DNA from: Octopus sinensis | Lineage: Eukaryota | Assembly: GCF_006345805.1 (NCBI RefSeq) | Contig: NC_043010.1 | Span: forward strand, 62,930,001-62,994,000 | DNA: 64,000 bases | Reading direction: 5' to 3' | Part shown: in pieces, positions 13,258-25,590 of the stretch | How the letters are laid out: the number at the start of each line of letters is the position of its first letter | Position numbering within the stretch: position 1 is the first letter of the stretch | Notes under the pieces: model-generated | The model's database searches: none | The model's input: the letters and a program-made list of their open reading frames with translations, nothing else | What the model was told of the DNA's origin: nothing | Made by a program: the position numbers and the translations under genes

Positions 13258-14389
13258 CGAAATAAGATTAAGATTAATGTAAAAAATAAATAACGCTGAA
13301 GCAAAGTAACACCAAATATATAGTGTGTGTCTGTGTTTTTATTGGCTAAACTGGCAAAATGACCATTCCGAAATACAACTATATATATATAGACGCAGGA
13401 GTGGCTATGTGGTAAGTAGCTCGCTTACCAACCACATGTTTCCGGGTTCAGTCCTACTGTGTGGCACATTGGGCAAGTGTTGTCTACTATAGCCTCAGGC
13501 CGACCAAAGCCTTGTGAGACAGAAACTGAGAGAACCCCGTCATATATATATATATATATGACGGGGTTCTCTCAGTTGTGTATGTGTGTGTAGTGCGAGA
13601 GTGTTGTAAATAGTCAGTGGTTAAAGAATGACAATGGGATGTGGTACAAATGGTAAGGGGAAGAGAGGAGCAGGAGGATGCTTTAGTTGCATCATCATCA
13701 TCATGTCCACTTTTCCATACTTTTATGGGTCCAATTTTCTATGGTCAGATCAGACAAATTTTCTATTGCCGGATGTCCTTGTTGCCAATGCCCACCCATT
13801 TCCAAGCAAGGTAATATTTCTGCATGGCTGATGTGTTTTCCACCGGAGGCTGGAAATAAACAACATCACTTGTATGATGGTGATGTTTACAGTTGTCATT
13901 TTGACGTGATGTCAAGGTGGACACACGGACACACACACACACATGATAAGCTTTGTGCAACAGTGATAAATGCGTTTGAAATAGAGATTAGTCATTAGAA
14001 CTCTAAAAGATAGAGCTATTTATAGTTCTGTCTCTGATTAGAACCATAAAGCTTTAATCAGGTGCATTGTTTATATTTCCTGCTGTGGGGGATGTGGCAC
14101 CGTCAGGGTAAAGTGCCATTTTTTATGATTTTCCCTGACAGCTTGGTTTACTGAGTGAAGAAACCCTTGTCATTCTCATCGTTTTAATATTCATATTCCT
14201 ATTGCAACCCTCAATCTTTTTCAGAAGGTCATCCACAAAATTCATGAAGTAAACCTCATGGTTCGCCCTTTGAAAATCCAAAATATCATCATCATCGTTT
14301 TACATCTTCATTCCATGCTGGCATGGGTTAGGCATGGTACTGTGGTAAGTGTCAGCACATATTTGTTGGCACTCCTGATCTAAAAGGAC

Positions 14390-14600
14390 TACTGTAAATC
14401 TTCGAGTATAGTTTGCCCTTGAGCATAATACGCAGGAGATTTTTAGGAGGCTGTACCTGTGAAAAACCTAAACCTTGTGTATAATATGCACTCCTTCTCT
14501 AAGTTGAGTCGTGCGTAATTAAGCCAGTAGCACCTAGTCGAACAAACACTTCCGTGCATGCGTAATACAATAATAGTGATGTTCTTAACTGTTATATGGG
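14390..14600 (+). mobile_element. pogo/Tc2-like DNA transposon left end
   Basis: TA-CTGTAAATCTTCGAGTATAG start with a repeated ATAATA(C/T)GCA subterminal motif; right end not found. Confidence 0.4.
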
Positions 14601-15734
14601 AATGTAAATATGTTTGCAAATTGTTTTTGTTATATCTTATTCTTTGTTCTGAATACTTTTATTTTAATAAATTAGGGTTAGGGTTAGTTATGGATGATTC
14701 TTTTATGACTTCATTGCTTTCAGGCTTAGCTTAAAATATTTTTGCGCCCAACATCACAAAATGCGTCTGAATAAACATTGCTGGACAGCAAATAGAGACT
14801 CGGACATTACTGAGAAAATATTTTTCTTTTTTAACCTCGTATATAGTACACACTAGGGATTTTGACCTTTAAATTTTGGGAAAAAAATGCAGATTATACT
14901 CAAAGATTTACGGTACATTTTGCTTGTGTGTTTCCCTCTTAGCATGGTGTCTATGGCTTTGTCCTTTCTAACACCAAGCATTTCACTGAGTGGACAGAAG
15001 GACAAAAATCTTGTTAGGGGCCCCCAAAACTGTGGCATGGACCACTTGAATCATATTCTGCATCATCGGTTTTGATCAGCAAGTTTTAACTTGAGAGAAG
15101 TTTCAGAATTCCAAGGGGGGTAAATTTGGGATTCCAGTGCGGAGTGGGGGAGATTTGGGTTTTGGTTGTAAAATAACTTTAACAGTATTAATTCTGTTTC
15201 TGTTGGATTAATTTTCTTTCTCTGCAATGTTAATTTTTGAAGATCTTAATTATTCGAGTGGTGAGCTGACAGAATTGTTACTGTGTTGGGCAAAATGTTT
15301 AGCGGCATTTTGTCTGACTTGACATTCTAAGTTCAAATGTCGCTAGGGTCGGTAAAAAGCGGTTCAGCACTGGGGTCAGTGTGCTCAACTTAGCCCCTTC
15401 CCCTCAAATTGTTGGCCTTGTGCCAAAATCAATATTTAATTAATATAACATCATTAATGTTATATAATTAACTGTGGTGCAGACATGATTAATATTTCCT
15501 TGTCCAGTATGGCTTTGTGGTAAGTAGCTTTCTTACGAACCTCATGGTTCCGAGCTCAGTCCCACTGTGTGGCATCTTGGGCAAGTGTCTTCTACTAAAG
15601 CCTTGGGCCGACCAAAGCCTTGTGCGTGGATTTGGTAGACGGAAACTGAAAGAAGCCTCTCATATATATGTGTGTGTGTGTGTGTTTGCATGTCTGTGTT
15701 TGTCCCCCGAACATCGCCTGACAACCGATGCCGG

Positions 15735-16007
15735 GATGGATTCATCTCCTCCTCCTAGGATCCTCTCTCAGAAGCAACCATGATTACCCTCTCTGGAAGG
15801 ATTCCCAAGTGTGACCAACTGAGAATGGATGTTATCCAACCAACACATTCTTGGTCTCCTTCTAGGTTTCCTGCCAATTGACTTGGCTTGAAGAATCTTC
15901 TCTTGTAATTCTTTCCTATGAATTCTAATCACATGTCTGTTGTTCTGCAGCTGTGACTTCTCAATGAGGAGTGGTAGCTCAACCTGGAGAGGATTTCCTG
16001 ATCTCAT
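15735..16007 (-). mobile_element. RTE LINE ORF C-terminal fragment
   Basis: KELQEKILQAKSIGRKPRRRPRMCWLDNI resembles the RTE G.R.RGRP..RW.DNI motif. Confidence 0.7.
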
Positions 16008-16590
16008 TACTTTTTACATCTCGGGTATTTTATCTAATCAAGCTATAGGGCAAGTGTCTTCTGCTATAGCCTCCAACTGACCAAAACCCTATTAGAGGAT
16101 TTGGTAAAGGGAAACTGAAAGAAGCCCTCATGTGTGTTTGTGTGGGTTCGTCCCCCACAACAGCTTGACAACCAGTGTTGGTGTGTTTGAGTCCCTGTAA
16201 CTTAGCAGTTTGGCCAAAGAGGCTGATAGGCTTAAAAAATAAGGCCTGAGACCGATTAATTCGACTAAAAGCAAAAATTCAAGGTGGTGCCCCAACATGG
16301 TTGTAGTCTTAATGACTGAAACAAATGATAAAAGATGTAAATGAGATTTTTACTTGTAATCCATGGGTTTGATACGTCTGCAAATTTAGATATTTACTAT
16401 TAGGACCAAAAAAAAAAACCGACAAAAAGATTGCTTAACAACTGAAATGGCTTTTGTTTTTCCCTTGGTTGGTTGAGGAAACTGGAATTATATAGCTTGG
16501 CTGTAAAGCTATTAGTAGTGAAGGTTGGTCCTACAACTCAGTAGCTGTCATTCAATAAACACTATTTTCAGCAACTCTGGTGAAGCTGAT

Positions 16591-16633
16591 CTTTTGCTGA
16601 AGAGGTCAGAATAATACTGAAACATATCTAGGG
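16591..16633 (+). ncRNA. Decayed hammerhead-like motif, homolog of 11999-12040
   Basis: CTTTTG-CTGAAGA-GGTCAGAATAATACT-GAAA-CATATC-TAGGG; aligns without gaps to the 12 kb copy. Confidence 0.4.
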
Positions 16634-17523
16634 AGAATGATAATTGTGTACGTATGAAGAAATGAAATTATTAGTCATTGATTTGTAATGTTCTTCTCTC
16701 ACCTCATATTTGGCTTCTTGAGTACCTACATATGAAATAACATTAATTATTGATTCCATTAACATATAGGCACAGGCATGGCTTTGTGGTAAGAAGCTTG
16801 TTTCCCAACCGCATGGTTCCAGGTTCAGTCCCACTGTGTGGTACCTTGGGCAAGTGTCTTCTACTATAGCCTAGGGCCAACCAAAGACTTGTGAGTGGAT
16901 TTGGTAGACAGAAACTGAAAGAAGCCCATTGTGTGTGTGGGTGTATATATATCTTATCTATTCCTATTGTTTTGAATTAATCCTACCATTATCTTGTAGC
17001 GTCCAGATTTCGATGGTGTAACTGTTTATTTTTGGAATGAAATTGTAGGATAGGTGTAAGAGGCCAGATCTGACCAGTTTAAACATAAAACGGGGTGGGG
17101 GGGCATATCTGGGCCTGATATGGCCAGTTTAAATGCTAAAACATTAAAATGATGATGATGATGATGATGTGTGTGTGTTTGTGTATACACACAGTTGAAT
17201 ACATGTCCAGTTTATCACAGAGCTATCAGTTGTCTTCATTCACCGTGGTCCCTCTCGGGTTCTCACACTAAGTTTTATATCCCAAGCAATGCGCAGGAAT
17301 AGACTTGTTTGTGTCGGTCGGTAGCAACAAAGCTGACTGGTGTGTGTGTGGAAGGGTGTAGGTTTATTTTCGTTTTCACAGTCTGTCAGCTGTAAGTTTG
17401 TACACATTGCTTGCAACTATGATTCACTCTGGTTGTGTATTTATGCACAGATATTTAAATAAGATTAATCACCTTTGATCAGTTGCCAACCACTTCTGTC
17501 ATCTATGAAGACCATATATATGC

Positions 17524-17602
<79 letters not shown>

Positions 17603-17604
<2 letters not shown>

Positions 17605-17995
17605 GAGTGGCTGTGTGGTAAGTAGCTTGCTAACCAACCACATGGTTCCGGGTTCAGTCCCACTGCATGGCATCTTGGGCAAGTGTCTTCTGCTATAGCC
17701 CCGGGCCGACCAATGCCTTGTGAGTGGATTTGGTAGACGGAAACTGAAAGAAGCCTGTCGTATATATATATATATATATATGCCTGTGTGTGTTTGTCCC
17801 CCTAGCATTGCTTGACAACCGATGCTGGTGTGTTTACATCCCCGTCACTTAGCGGTTCGGCAAAAGAGACCGATAGAATAAGTACTGGGCTTACAAAGAA
17901 TAAGTCCCGGGGTCGATTTGCTCGACTAAAGACGGTGCTCCAGCATGGCCACAGTCAAATGACTGAAACAAGTAAAGGAGAGTAAAGGAGTAAGG
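17603..17995 (+). mobile_element. SINE family A, full length
   Basis: Matches 1699-2095 throughout. Confidence 0.9.
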
Positions 17996-18498
17996 AGTAT
18001 ATATATATATATATATGTAGTACACACACAGATACACACACTTCTCTCTCTCTCTCCATGTGTCATGTCTACAGGCATCTTTGATCATGGACCTCCGTTG
18101 CCAAAGTCTGAAGTTTCATGATTTTATTTGGGAAACTTACGTCAGTGGTTTCCAGCTGTAAAATAGTTGTTATGCTTGCTGCGGACTCTTACCCCTAGAG
18201 GGAGCTGTTCTGGTGAGCATCAGACCCCCCCCCACCTGCACCACACTCTCCGGGTTGGCATAAGCAGAGAGGTGGTCAGCTATCCACCTTCCATGCTAGC
18301 ATGGGTTGGATGGTTTCACAAGAGCCGGCCAGGTAGAAGCCTGCACCACACTCCTGTGACTGCCCTTCCTAACACCAACCACTCAGCAGAGTATAAAAAT
18401 TTAAACACACAACTGAAAGAGCTACCATTAGTTTCATGCCTTTATGATACTTGAACAGGCACATTTACAAAATATGCCATGGATCTTAAAGCAATTTG

Positions 18499-18880
18499 AT
18501 AATAATAATAATAATAATAATAAAACATTGTGTACAGTGCTCAGGTGCACTACAACTCATCTAAAGTGTATATATAATTAGGTGTAGTTTTGGCGGATTT
18601 CGGAAAGCATGAGGGCCTTAAAGGATGCAGTGTCATGGCAGTCAACAACTGACGCAGGCAGTTTATTCCATGCTTCAGCAACTCTGAGCGTGAAAAAATG
18701 TTTCCGAAAGTCATGGGAGCTGTGTTGTTTTCTGACTTTGTAGGCATGTCCACGTGTGTTAGACACATGGAGATCAAAAAGGTGTTCAGTGTTGTTGTTG
18801 GTGAAGTGGTTGATAACTCTGTGGGTGTTTACCAAGTCCGTCGCCAGACGCCGGAGCTTCAGTGATTCCATGCCCATATG
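18499..18880 (-). mobile_element. 5'-truncated CR1-type LINE 3' end
   Basis: ORF 18578-18877: LRRLATDL...TRGHAYKVRKQ...RKHFFTLRVAEAWNKLPASVV...FK (CR1 ORF2 C-terminus), followed by a 3' UTR and (ATT)n tail. Confidence 0.85.
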
Positions 18881-19149
18881 TATTTATGTATAAAAGCAGA
18901 TATCATGCTTTCTCTCTCTCTCTCTCAGCTTACAAGCACTATAAAAGTATATTAAGGTTATTGTTGTTGAACTGGTAGCATTATGATGAAAACCATACCA
19001 GCTGTGGCCATTTTTTTGTGTATTTCTAAGCATTACTATATTATTCAGTATCTCCCTTTATATAAGTGGGTAAGGTTCATTGACTCTCTTTCTATAAGGT
19101 TGGGGGAGTTTGGCTGCTATTTCTCACAAGCACAGCTGTGGGGTTAACC

Positions 19150-19495
19150 AGCTCAGTTAACAACCACATGGTTCTGAGTTCAGTTCCTTTGAGTGGCACC
19201 TTGGGCAAGTCTCTTCTTCTATAGCCCTGGGCTGATCAAAGCTTTACCAGTGAATTTTAGTAGATGGAAACATTACACACACACACACACACTCGTGTCT
19301 GTGTGTCTGTATTTGTCCTCTCCACCGCTTGACAACCGGTGTTGGTTTGTTTCTGTCCCCATAACTTTATGGTTTGGCAGAGGAGACTGATAGAATAATT
19401 AGTAGCAATTGTAAGAAAATTAATGCAGGGATTGATTTGTTTGACTAAAAATCTCTCAGGCCAGTGCCCCAGCTGGCCATAGTCCAATGACTAAG
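19150..19495 (+). mobile_element. SINE family A, diverged
   Basis: Same head, core and tail order. Confidence 0.75.
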
Positions 19496-19558
19496 GTAAA
19501 TTGATCACCAAAACATACTTCGTTGACCTACTCTGTGTGTATGTGTGTGTACCCATAA

Positions 19559-19593
<35 letters not shown>

Positions 19594-21071
19594 TGTACAG
19601 AGAGGGGGGTGTAAAAACCATTTCACAATGGACTCTCTCCCCTCCTCCCTCTCACTTGTCTCATGTATAAAGTGTATTATGTGTTTATTGTGTTTATCTA
19701 AGCTGTTACACATTAGCAACAGTCTTCATTTATATTCACTCAGTCAGTGCTAAACAAACCAACACCAGTGCATAGGCTCAGGCATGGCTGTGATGGCTCT
19801 GTGCTTACAAAGTTCACTTTGTGGCCATGTGGTTCCAGGTTCAATCCCCCACTGCATAGTACCTTGGGCAAGTATTTTCTAATTATAAACTAGGCTTCAT
19901 CAATGCTTTGTCAGTGGTATATACACACATATATATACGCCATTTGAGTGAGCTGTGTATATACACACACACCCACACACACCATTTGAGCTGGAGATAC
20001 GATAGTTTGACCAAAAGAACCAGCTATTGCAAACAAAATTTAATATTGAAAAAAAAAAAATCTGGCCAAATTTGGACATACAACAGTTTAACGATATATA
20101 TATATGTATATATATACACACACACACATGTATATAGATACCCTGTTGGTGAATATTGTGTGAATATCTCTACACACAAACTTTACTAATGCATCACATT
20201 CTTTCCGTTTTTTTGTCTTATAAGGTATGTTAAACCCTTTGTAGTAAGCAAATAGAGTAGAAACCTGGAAGTAACAACCTATATGTTATTAGTGAACATG
20301 TCCCCTGTGTCCTAGGGGCATGGTAAACATAAATGTACAGGGCTGTGTGGCAAAAAAAGGTTTACTTCCCAAGCCCATGGTTTCAGGATCAGTCCCACTG
20401 TATGGCATCTTGGGCAAGTGTCCTCTACTATAACCCTGGAGCTGACCAAAGCTTTGTGAGTGGATTTGGAAATGGAAACTGAAAAAAAGTAGGTTTGTGT
20501 GTATATATATGTGTGTATGAGTATGAACGTGTACTTCCCTTTCCGTCATGTGTGTCCATTGACTCTTGTAAACAATGGCTTCACTGATGGTGTCATTTGC
20601 TTGCAGTTCCCCAACCAAAGAACATCCAGGCTTCTTGACATGTTTTGACATATTGCATGATCTTTGAATACAAAAAGCTCAATCAAATGGTGTCGTTTGT
20701 TTCCAGTTCTCTGCTTAAACGCGTCCCTGGATGTTGTTCTATTGACTGGGTAGTTATTACCTCCCTTGAAAGCTGATGAGGGTCGGTAACAGGAAAGGCA
20801 TCCGGCTGTAGAAAACAAGTGCCCCGAACATGCTCTCGGCATGCAAGAATGGAAAAGCAAACGTTAGAATGATGTTGATAATACCAACCCCCTTTATCCT
20901 TGTTTTTTGACCTACATTATAAAATGGGTCTTTAGGAATAACTGCCCCTATCCACCTTGCAAGGTCTTGTGTATGCTTTCATCTCATTTGCTGAACCAAA
21001 ATGAGGTGGACACCTCTGCTTTATGTGGAGATAATTAAAGAATTTGATTCCAGTATCTCTTGAAGTACATT

Positions 21072-21121
<50 letters not shown>

Positions 21122-22273
21122 GCATTAAATGAACAACAGTCAATATACGTGGTTGATGAAGAGAATAACACTGTTGTACAATATTGAAAGATTTCTGAAG
21201 CTGACATTAAAGAAAAATGTCACTCAGTTTGTATGGAGAAACCAGAATAATGGCAGAAGTAAGTGGCTGATTCAGATATTGATCCGAGCAGCGCTCGTTG
21301 TGTGGCTCTGTTGGAGCTAAATATTTCTACACCAGTGTCTATTTTTAGGTGAGTTTTACTTCTCTGCAGTCATTGACCTGTAGGAGCTTCACGGTGAACA
21401 TCAGGCATGTAAATCTCTCCTGCCTGAGAGGAAGGACGGATCGACTGCAAAAGGTCAGTCGATGTGTCACACCACCATTAAAGAAGCAAAATACGGCCGG
21501 AGAAATTCAGGTGATTTCTGCCAAATATTTAAAAGTATGGCCGAGTTTCCAGTCCGTTGTTGTGTGTCTGTGTGGTGGGGGATGGCCATAATGATCAGAC
21601 ACATTAGGAATGACTCCTGAGTTGTTTGACTTACTGGAAATAGCAGCCAAATTGCATCCATCCTAATAAAGAATGGACATTCTAAGATAAATTGAAGTCT
21701 GAGATAAATTGTGCTTTAGTGAAAGATGAAGTGGTTATGGCTGAAATGGTTTTGAATGTGTGTTTCATCAGGGTTGACATGTTTTGTCAATTTCATTATA
21801 TAAGATTGTTTGACATGATAAGGCAATTAACACTACACTGAGACTTAGCAGGACAGTGAACCGTGGGCTTTGTGGTCCCCTCTCAGATATGACAGGGCAG
21901 TGAACCATGCAGTTTTCACTTCCTCCAAAACTGGTGAGATAGACATAGCAGATGTTGATGTTTCTGTGGCTGAGAATGGGGTTCTGGAGAGGAAGGAGTG
22001 GGGAAGGGTTTAGTACAGGATTTGGAAAGTGTTGAGAGGAGGAGAAACAAGAGTTGCTTAAGTTTAGTGTAGAGCTGGACATTATAGTAGTCATTATTTG
22101 TGTGTGTGTGATATCTAAAACTTAAAGAAATATGCTTTGATAAATTCACAAGAATCAGAAAAGTATTAATTATATAAAGAAAAAAATATACAGATCTGAC
22201 AGAATAGATTTGTAAGGCAAAATTTTCTATGCTGTAATCTGTATAGAAGTAATTACATTTGGTAGTGGTCATC

Positions 22274-24560
22274 ACTATTTCTGGCTTAGTTTCAGATTGA
22301 ATATCTTAATTAGATATTCGTCTTTTGCTTTTCATAATTGTTCATTTTCTTCCTTTATTTTGAAAAAGAAAAAAAATGTTAATTTTGAATTTGCCATTTG
22401 CCTAATTGTCTAGATGTTCACTACATGGGACAATCCTAACAGACATACTTTTGATTTGTTATTTATGTGTCCTAACTCTGTCCATTAATTTTGTTCCTGT
22501 TTGGCTGATATAGTTCCCATTGTATTGTAAATATGTAAGACAGTAAATGAGATTCTTTTGTTTTGCATTAACCTTAAATTCTTTTCTGTTCTTGAACTTT
22601 TTGATTTTACTTTGTTCAATCAAGTTACATGTCCTACAATGAAGGCCTTTGCTTTTTGTTACCTGCATACTTTTTCTTCTAATAACAATTTTACCTTTGT
22701 TAAGAATCTATTAAGATTTGATGGTTGCCTTCAACTGTTAATAATACGTACCAGTGCTGGTGGCACATAAGAAAACCATCTGAACGTGACCGTAGCCAGT
22801 ACCGCATCGACTGGCCTCCGTGCTGAGGGCACGTAACAAACACCATCCGAGCGTGGCCGTTCGCCAGCCTCGTCTGGCACCTGTGTCGGTGGCACATAAA
22901 AAACACCATCCGAGCATGGCCGTCTGCCAGCCTCGTCTGGCACCTGTGTCGGTGGCACATAAAATCACCCACTACACTCTCGGAGTGGTTGGCGTTAGGA
23001 AGGGCATCCAGCTGTAGAAACACTGCCAGATCTGACTGGCCTGGTGCAGCCTTCGGGCTTGCCAGACCCCAGTTGAACCGTCCAACCCATGCTAGCATGG
23101 AAAGCGGACGTTAAACGATGATGATGATGACTCTTTATTTATTTATTTTTTATACTTTTTTGTTCTGGAGGAATATTTTTAGTTATTGTACATATCCCTC
23201 TTGCCATATGACATATTTCTTTTTGTCTGGAATGGATGGCAAAACCTAAAGTCTAAGTATCGTGTGTGTCCATGTTCTTGCAGTAGAGAGCAGTTGCAAT
23301 AGTCTTGTTAATTATCAAAATATCCAGAAATAAGAAATTCCTTTTCCATTCCATTCCAAATTGGATTAGTAAATTCATGGAATCTTGTAAGGTCTTCCTT
23401 ATTTCTGTTTCAAAATACTTTACCAAGAATCTTTTTCAGTTTCCTTGTAAATGGGATTAGAAATGCTGATTGAAAATAATCCAGAGCAAACGGGTTATTT
23501 TTCTTCTCTGACTCCCATCATTAGAGCTGTAAATGTTGGTGCAACTCCTGTGACCATTGCTGTTCCTTTTATTTAAAGGTAGTATTGATTATGAAAAAAG
23601 TAGTTGTATCCTAGCACCAATCATAATCCTTCTTGTATGTATTGTTTTGAGAATTTCTCTTGCTCACGAGGGGTATTTCTGTAGAGGCTGGTCACATTAA
23701 CACTAATCGGGATCATCACTATCTTTCTGGAATGTGATTTAAAAGTCCATGTCCTCTCTGATGAAACTAAAAGTCAATTTGCATGATATTTGTCCTTTAA
23801 CAATTGAGCGGAATTTTAAATTAGTTTCGAGAATTTTTACATGTGGTATATGAAGATCTAAGCTGTTATGAATTTCCAGTAATCCATAAAAATTGCTTGT
23901 TTTTTTTTTTTTCTTCAGAATTAAATAACACAACTCATTTTCAACCAAATTGCTTTTGATTTTGTCCAGTAATTTTCTAGTTTTGTTCATTGTTTGTTTT
24001 CCAATATATTTAAAATAAAATTTTTTTCTTTGTAGAAATGCTGGTCATTCAATTGTTCTAAGACCATTTCCTTTTAATGGGTCTCATCCATTATTACAAT
24101 GGCTCCTCCTTTGCCAGCTTCTTTAATGACTTTAAAAGAATCTTTCCATAGACATTCCATTGCTATTTTCTCTTTGTCATATTTGATTTTATGCCATTTT
24201 TTCTGGAATGCTCCTCTTTTCAAACCCATTACATACCCCTCTAAGTGTTTATTCCTGTTCGTCAGAGATTTAAATCCGATTTTGTTTTTATACAACTGAT
24301 GGATCTTCATAATCTTTCTTTACAAAGAATTCCTAAAACCAAAGTTTTCAACAAAATTCTTCAGTATCTTTAATAAGATCTGTTGTATCAGGTTTTGGAG
24401 TTACTCAAGAATTTTTATTCCATGTCTCATAAGATTCCATTGGGATAAATTTCTTACTCTTGGAGCAGTTTAATGTTTCTATCATTAATGTTTTCCTTCA
24501 TTTTTGAATGGAACCCCTGCTCCCTAATTTTTATTATTTTTATGAGTCATTTCTACCCTG
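22274..24560 (-). pseudogene. Decayed Penelope-like retroelement (RT + GIY-YIG endonuclease), interrupted by a family D repeat
   Basis: Minus-strand remnants: KEAGKGGAIVIMD (KADKG-like), TSNFYGLLEIH..LKFRSIV, VNVTSLYRNTP (FDVTSLYTNIP-like), KGTAM-like motif, FLDILI...MDTH, and NLIYCLTYLQYNGNYISQTGTKLMDRVRTH (GIY-YIG). Many stops and frameshifts. Confidence 0.85.
22755..23130 (+). mobile_element. Family D repeat (RTE-type 3' tail ending in (GAT)n) with internal ~62-bp tandem units
   Basis: GGTTGGCGTTAGGAAGGGCATCCAGCTGTAGAAAC ... CCAACCCATGCTAGCATGGAAAGCGGACGTTAAACGATGATGAT. Other copies at about 2990-3150 (-), 9290-9705, 11700-11975, 12640-13085 (-), 13690-13950 (-), 18280-18385 (-), 26885-27115 (-), 30770-30960 (-), 36080-36310 (-), 40280-40410, 42255-42375, 44505-44720 (-), 46795-47170 (-), 50770-51435 and 53295-53385 (-). 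Confidence 0.85.
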
Positions 24561-24594
24561 GTTTTCTATTTTACTTTTTTGGAAAGCCGGTTTG

Positions 24595-24844
24595 CAGTTA
24601 TTTTTTCTGTTTTGTTGGTTTCAGTCATTAGTCTGTGGCCACGCTGGAGCACCAAGCGGTAGAATTGTTGGTCGTATGAATCGACCCCAGGACTTATTCT
24701 TTTGTCTTTTAAGTCTGGTACTTGTTCTGTTGATCCTCTTTCAATATGTTACAGGGATGTAAACCCACCAACACTGGTTGTCAAGCGGTGGTGGTGAACA
24801 AACACGGACACAGATACACACACACACACGATAGGCTTCTTTCG

Positions 24845-24880
<36 letters not shown>

Positions 24881-25095
24881 TATATTTGTGTGTCTGTGTT
24901 TGTCCCCCACCATTGCTTGACAACCGATGCTGGTGTGTTTACGTCCCCGTAACTTAGCAGTTCATCAAAAGAGACAGATAGAATAAGTGCTAGACAAACA
25001 AAGAATAAGTCCTGGAGTTGATTTGCTTGACTAAAGGTGGTGCTCCAGCATGGCTGCAGTCAAATGACTGAAACGAGTCAAAGAGTAAAAGAAAG
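24595..25095. mobile_element. Two SINE A 3' halves in inverted orientation joined at (TA)n
   Basis: 24595-24842 is a minus-strand 3' half and 24860-25095 a plus-strand 3' half; both heads are missing. Confidence 0.85.
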
Positions 25096-25113
25096 AAGTT
25101 GTCCTATAGAAAT

Positions 25114-25342
25114 TTAACCCTTTCATTACCAACCTGGCTGAAATCGTTTCTGGCTCTGTAGTACAAATGTCTTGTTTTCCAAAGTTTTGAATTAAAATCT
25201 TCCACCAAACCTTAGTCACAATTTATGTTCCTAACACTAGCTGAATGATAACTAAGTTATTTTACTAATTTCTTTGTTATATTTAAAGTAATTGAAAGAA
25301 ACACAGAGCATCTCAACAGAAGTATGATAACAAAAGGGTTAA
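25114..25342 (-). mobile_element. piggyBac-type MITE, family 1 (dimer 2)
   Basis: Reverse copy of the 10623 MITE, with TTAA-CCCTTT / AAAGGG-TTAA ends. Confidence 0.85.
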
Positions 25343-25363
25343 AATATATAATAGGAATAATTC

Positions 25364-25590
25364 TTAACTAGATACCAATCTGACTGAAACCAGCTCTGGC
25401 TCTGTAGTACAAATGTCTTGTTTTCATAAGTTCTGAATTGAAATCTTCCACCAAACCTTAGTCACAATTTATGTTCCTAACACTAGCTGAATGATAAACC
25501 AAGTTATTTTACTAAATTCTTTGTTATATTTAAAATTAATTGAAAGAAACACAGAGTATCTCAACAGAAATACAGTAACGAAAGGGTTAA
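25364..25590 (-). mobile_element. piggyBac-type MITE, family 1 (dimer 2)
   Basis: Reverse copy with one decayed TIR; ends GTAACGAAAGGG-TTAA. Confidence 0.8.

Noticed and set aside
14672-14690. Interstitial telomeric repeat (TTAGGG)2
   Set aside because: Only two units; expected by chance.
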